Virus record (IMG/VR): IMGVR_UViG_3300031972_001405
Coordinates: 23,425-87,424 of that record
Reading direction: 5' to 3' (one strand)
DNA: 64,000 nucleotides
Source: a virus
Below are positions 63,741 through 64,000 of this stretch, in pieces (the first letter of the stretch is position 1; every line of letters begins with the position of its first letter). Position numbers and translations under genes: made by a program. The notes under the pieces were generated by a model that was not told the origin of the DNA, did not search any database, and saw only the letters and a list, made by a program, of their open reading frames with translations.

Positions 63741-63938
63741 TTATGAATTCATATCAGTCCAAGTTTCTTCACCATAACAATCGATAATCTCTTCTTTTAG
63801 ATCTTCCATATCATAATCTTTCAGATTCTGTTCAATACTTTCAACAGCAAATGTAATCAAAGATTTCATATCCATTCCATCCACAATCATCTCTGCATAA
63901 GCATTCTTGAGTTGATCGATTTGATTGATAGTCATCAT
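63741..63938 (-). CDS. Acidic hypothetical protein
   Basis: YAEMIVDGMD; preceded by a C/A/T-rich leader. Confidence 0.7.
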   Translation of the reverse strand: MMTINQIDQLKNAYAEMIVDGMDMKSLITFAVESIEQNLKDYDMEDLKEEIIDCYGEETWTDMNS

Positions 63939-64000
63939 TTGAAAAAAGTGTTAGTTAGTGAGGTGAGTAAGTGTTATCTAAGAGTTAAAATACGTTGGTC

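Noticed and set aside
1-64000. tRNA, CRISPR array, intron, intein or reverse-transcriptase elements
   Set aside because: No T-arm/cloverleaf, repeat-spacer array or RT motif was seen by eye. Core genes (gp17, uvsW, gp20, gp46) are uninterrupted and of normal length.

Overview
This is a 64 kb segment of an AT-rich T4-like cyanomyovirus (Kyanoviridae type); the host is probably a marine picocyanobacterium. Essentially all genes lie on the minus strand, so transcription runs right to left. (i) 59.8-64 kb: early region of small ORFs behind palindrome-containing sigma70-type promoters. (ii) 59.1-59.8 kb: control region with clustered cyanobacterial-type DnaA boxes, divergent promoters and a candidate ~150-nt G-rich RNA. 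(iii) Cupin and glycosyltransferase-like genes, then the baseplate block (gp25, gp6, 4115-aa gp7, gp8) and a 2772-aa DUF4815/VrlC-like protein with a very Arg-rich core. (iv) Neck and tail genes gp13, gp14, gp15, then gp16. (v) A ~6 kb accessory island between gp16 and gp17. It holds a modular basic protein, an NAD(P)-binding-only Gnd fragment, a thermonuclease and many membrane microproteins, including likely NdhP and NdhQ homologs that the ORF track missed. (vi) gp17-gp23, gp3, uvsY, uvsW, gp55, gp47, gp46, a short nucleotide-sugar dehydrogenase, a CobT-like peptidase-vWA protein and a partial HNH-type gene. No tRNA, rRNA, CRISPR array, intron or intein was seen. The best leads are the NdhP+NdhQ microprotein island, a G-[IVLF]-x-[ST] motif enriched in unrelated virion proteins (possible virion glycosylation), and a DnaA-box/R-loop origin-like module. 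All family assignments are motif recognition from memory, not database searches.
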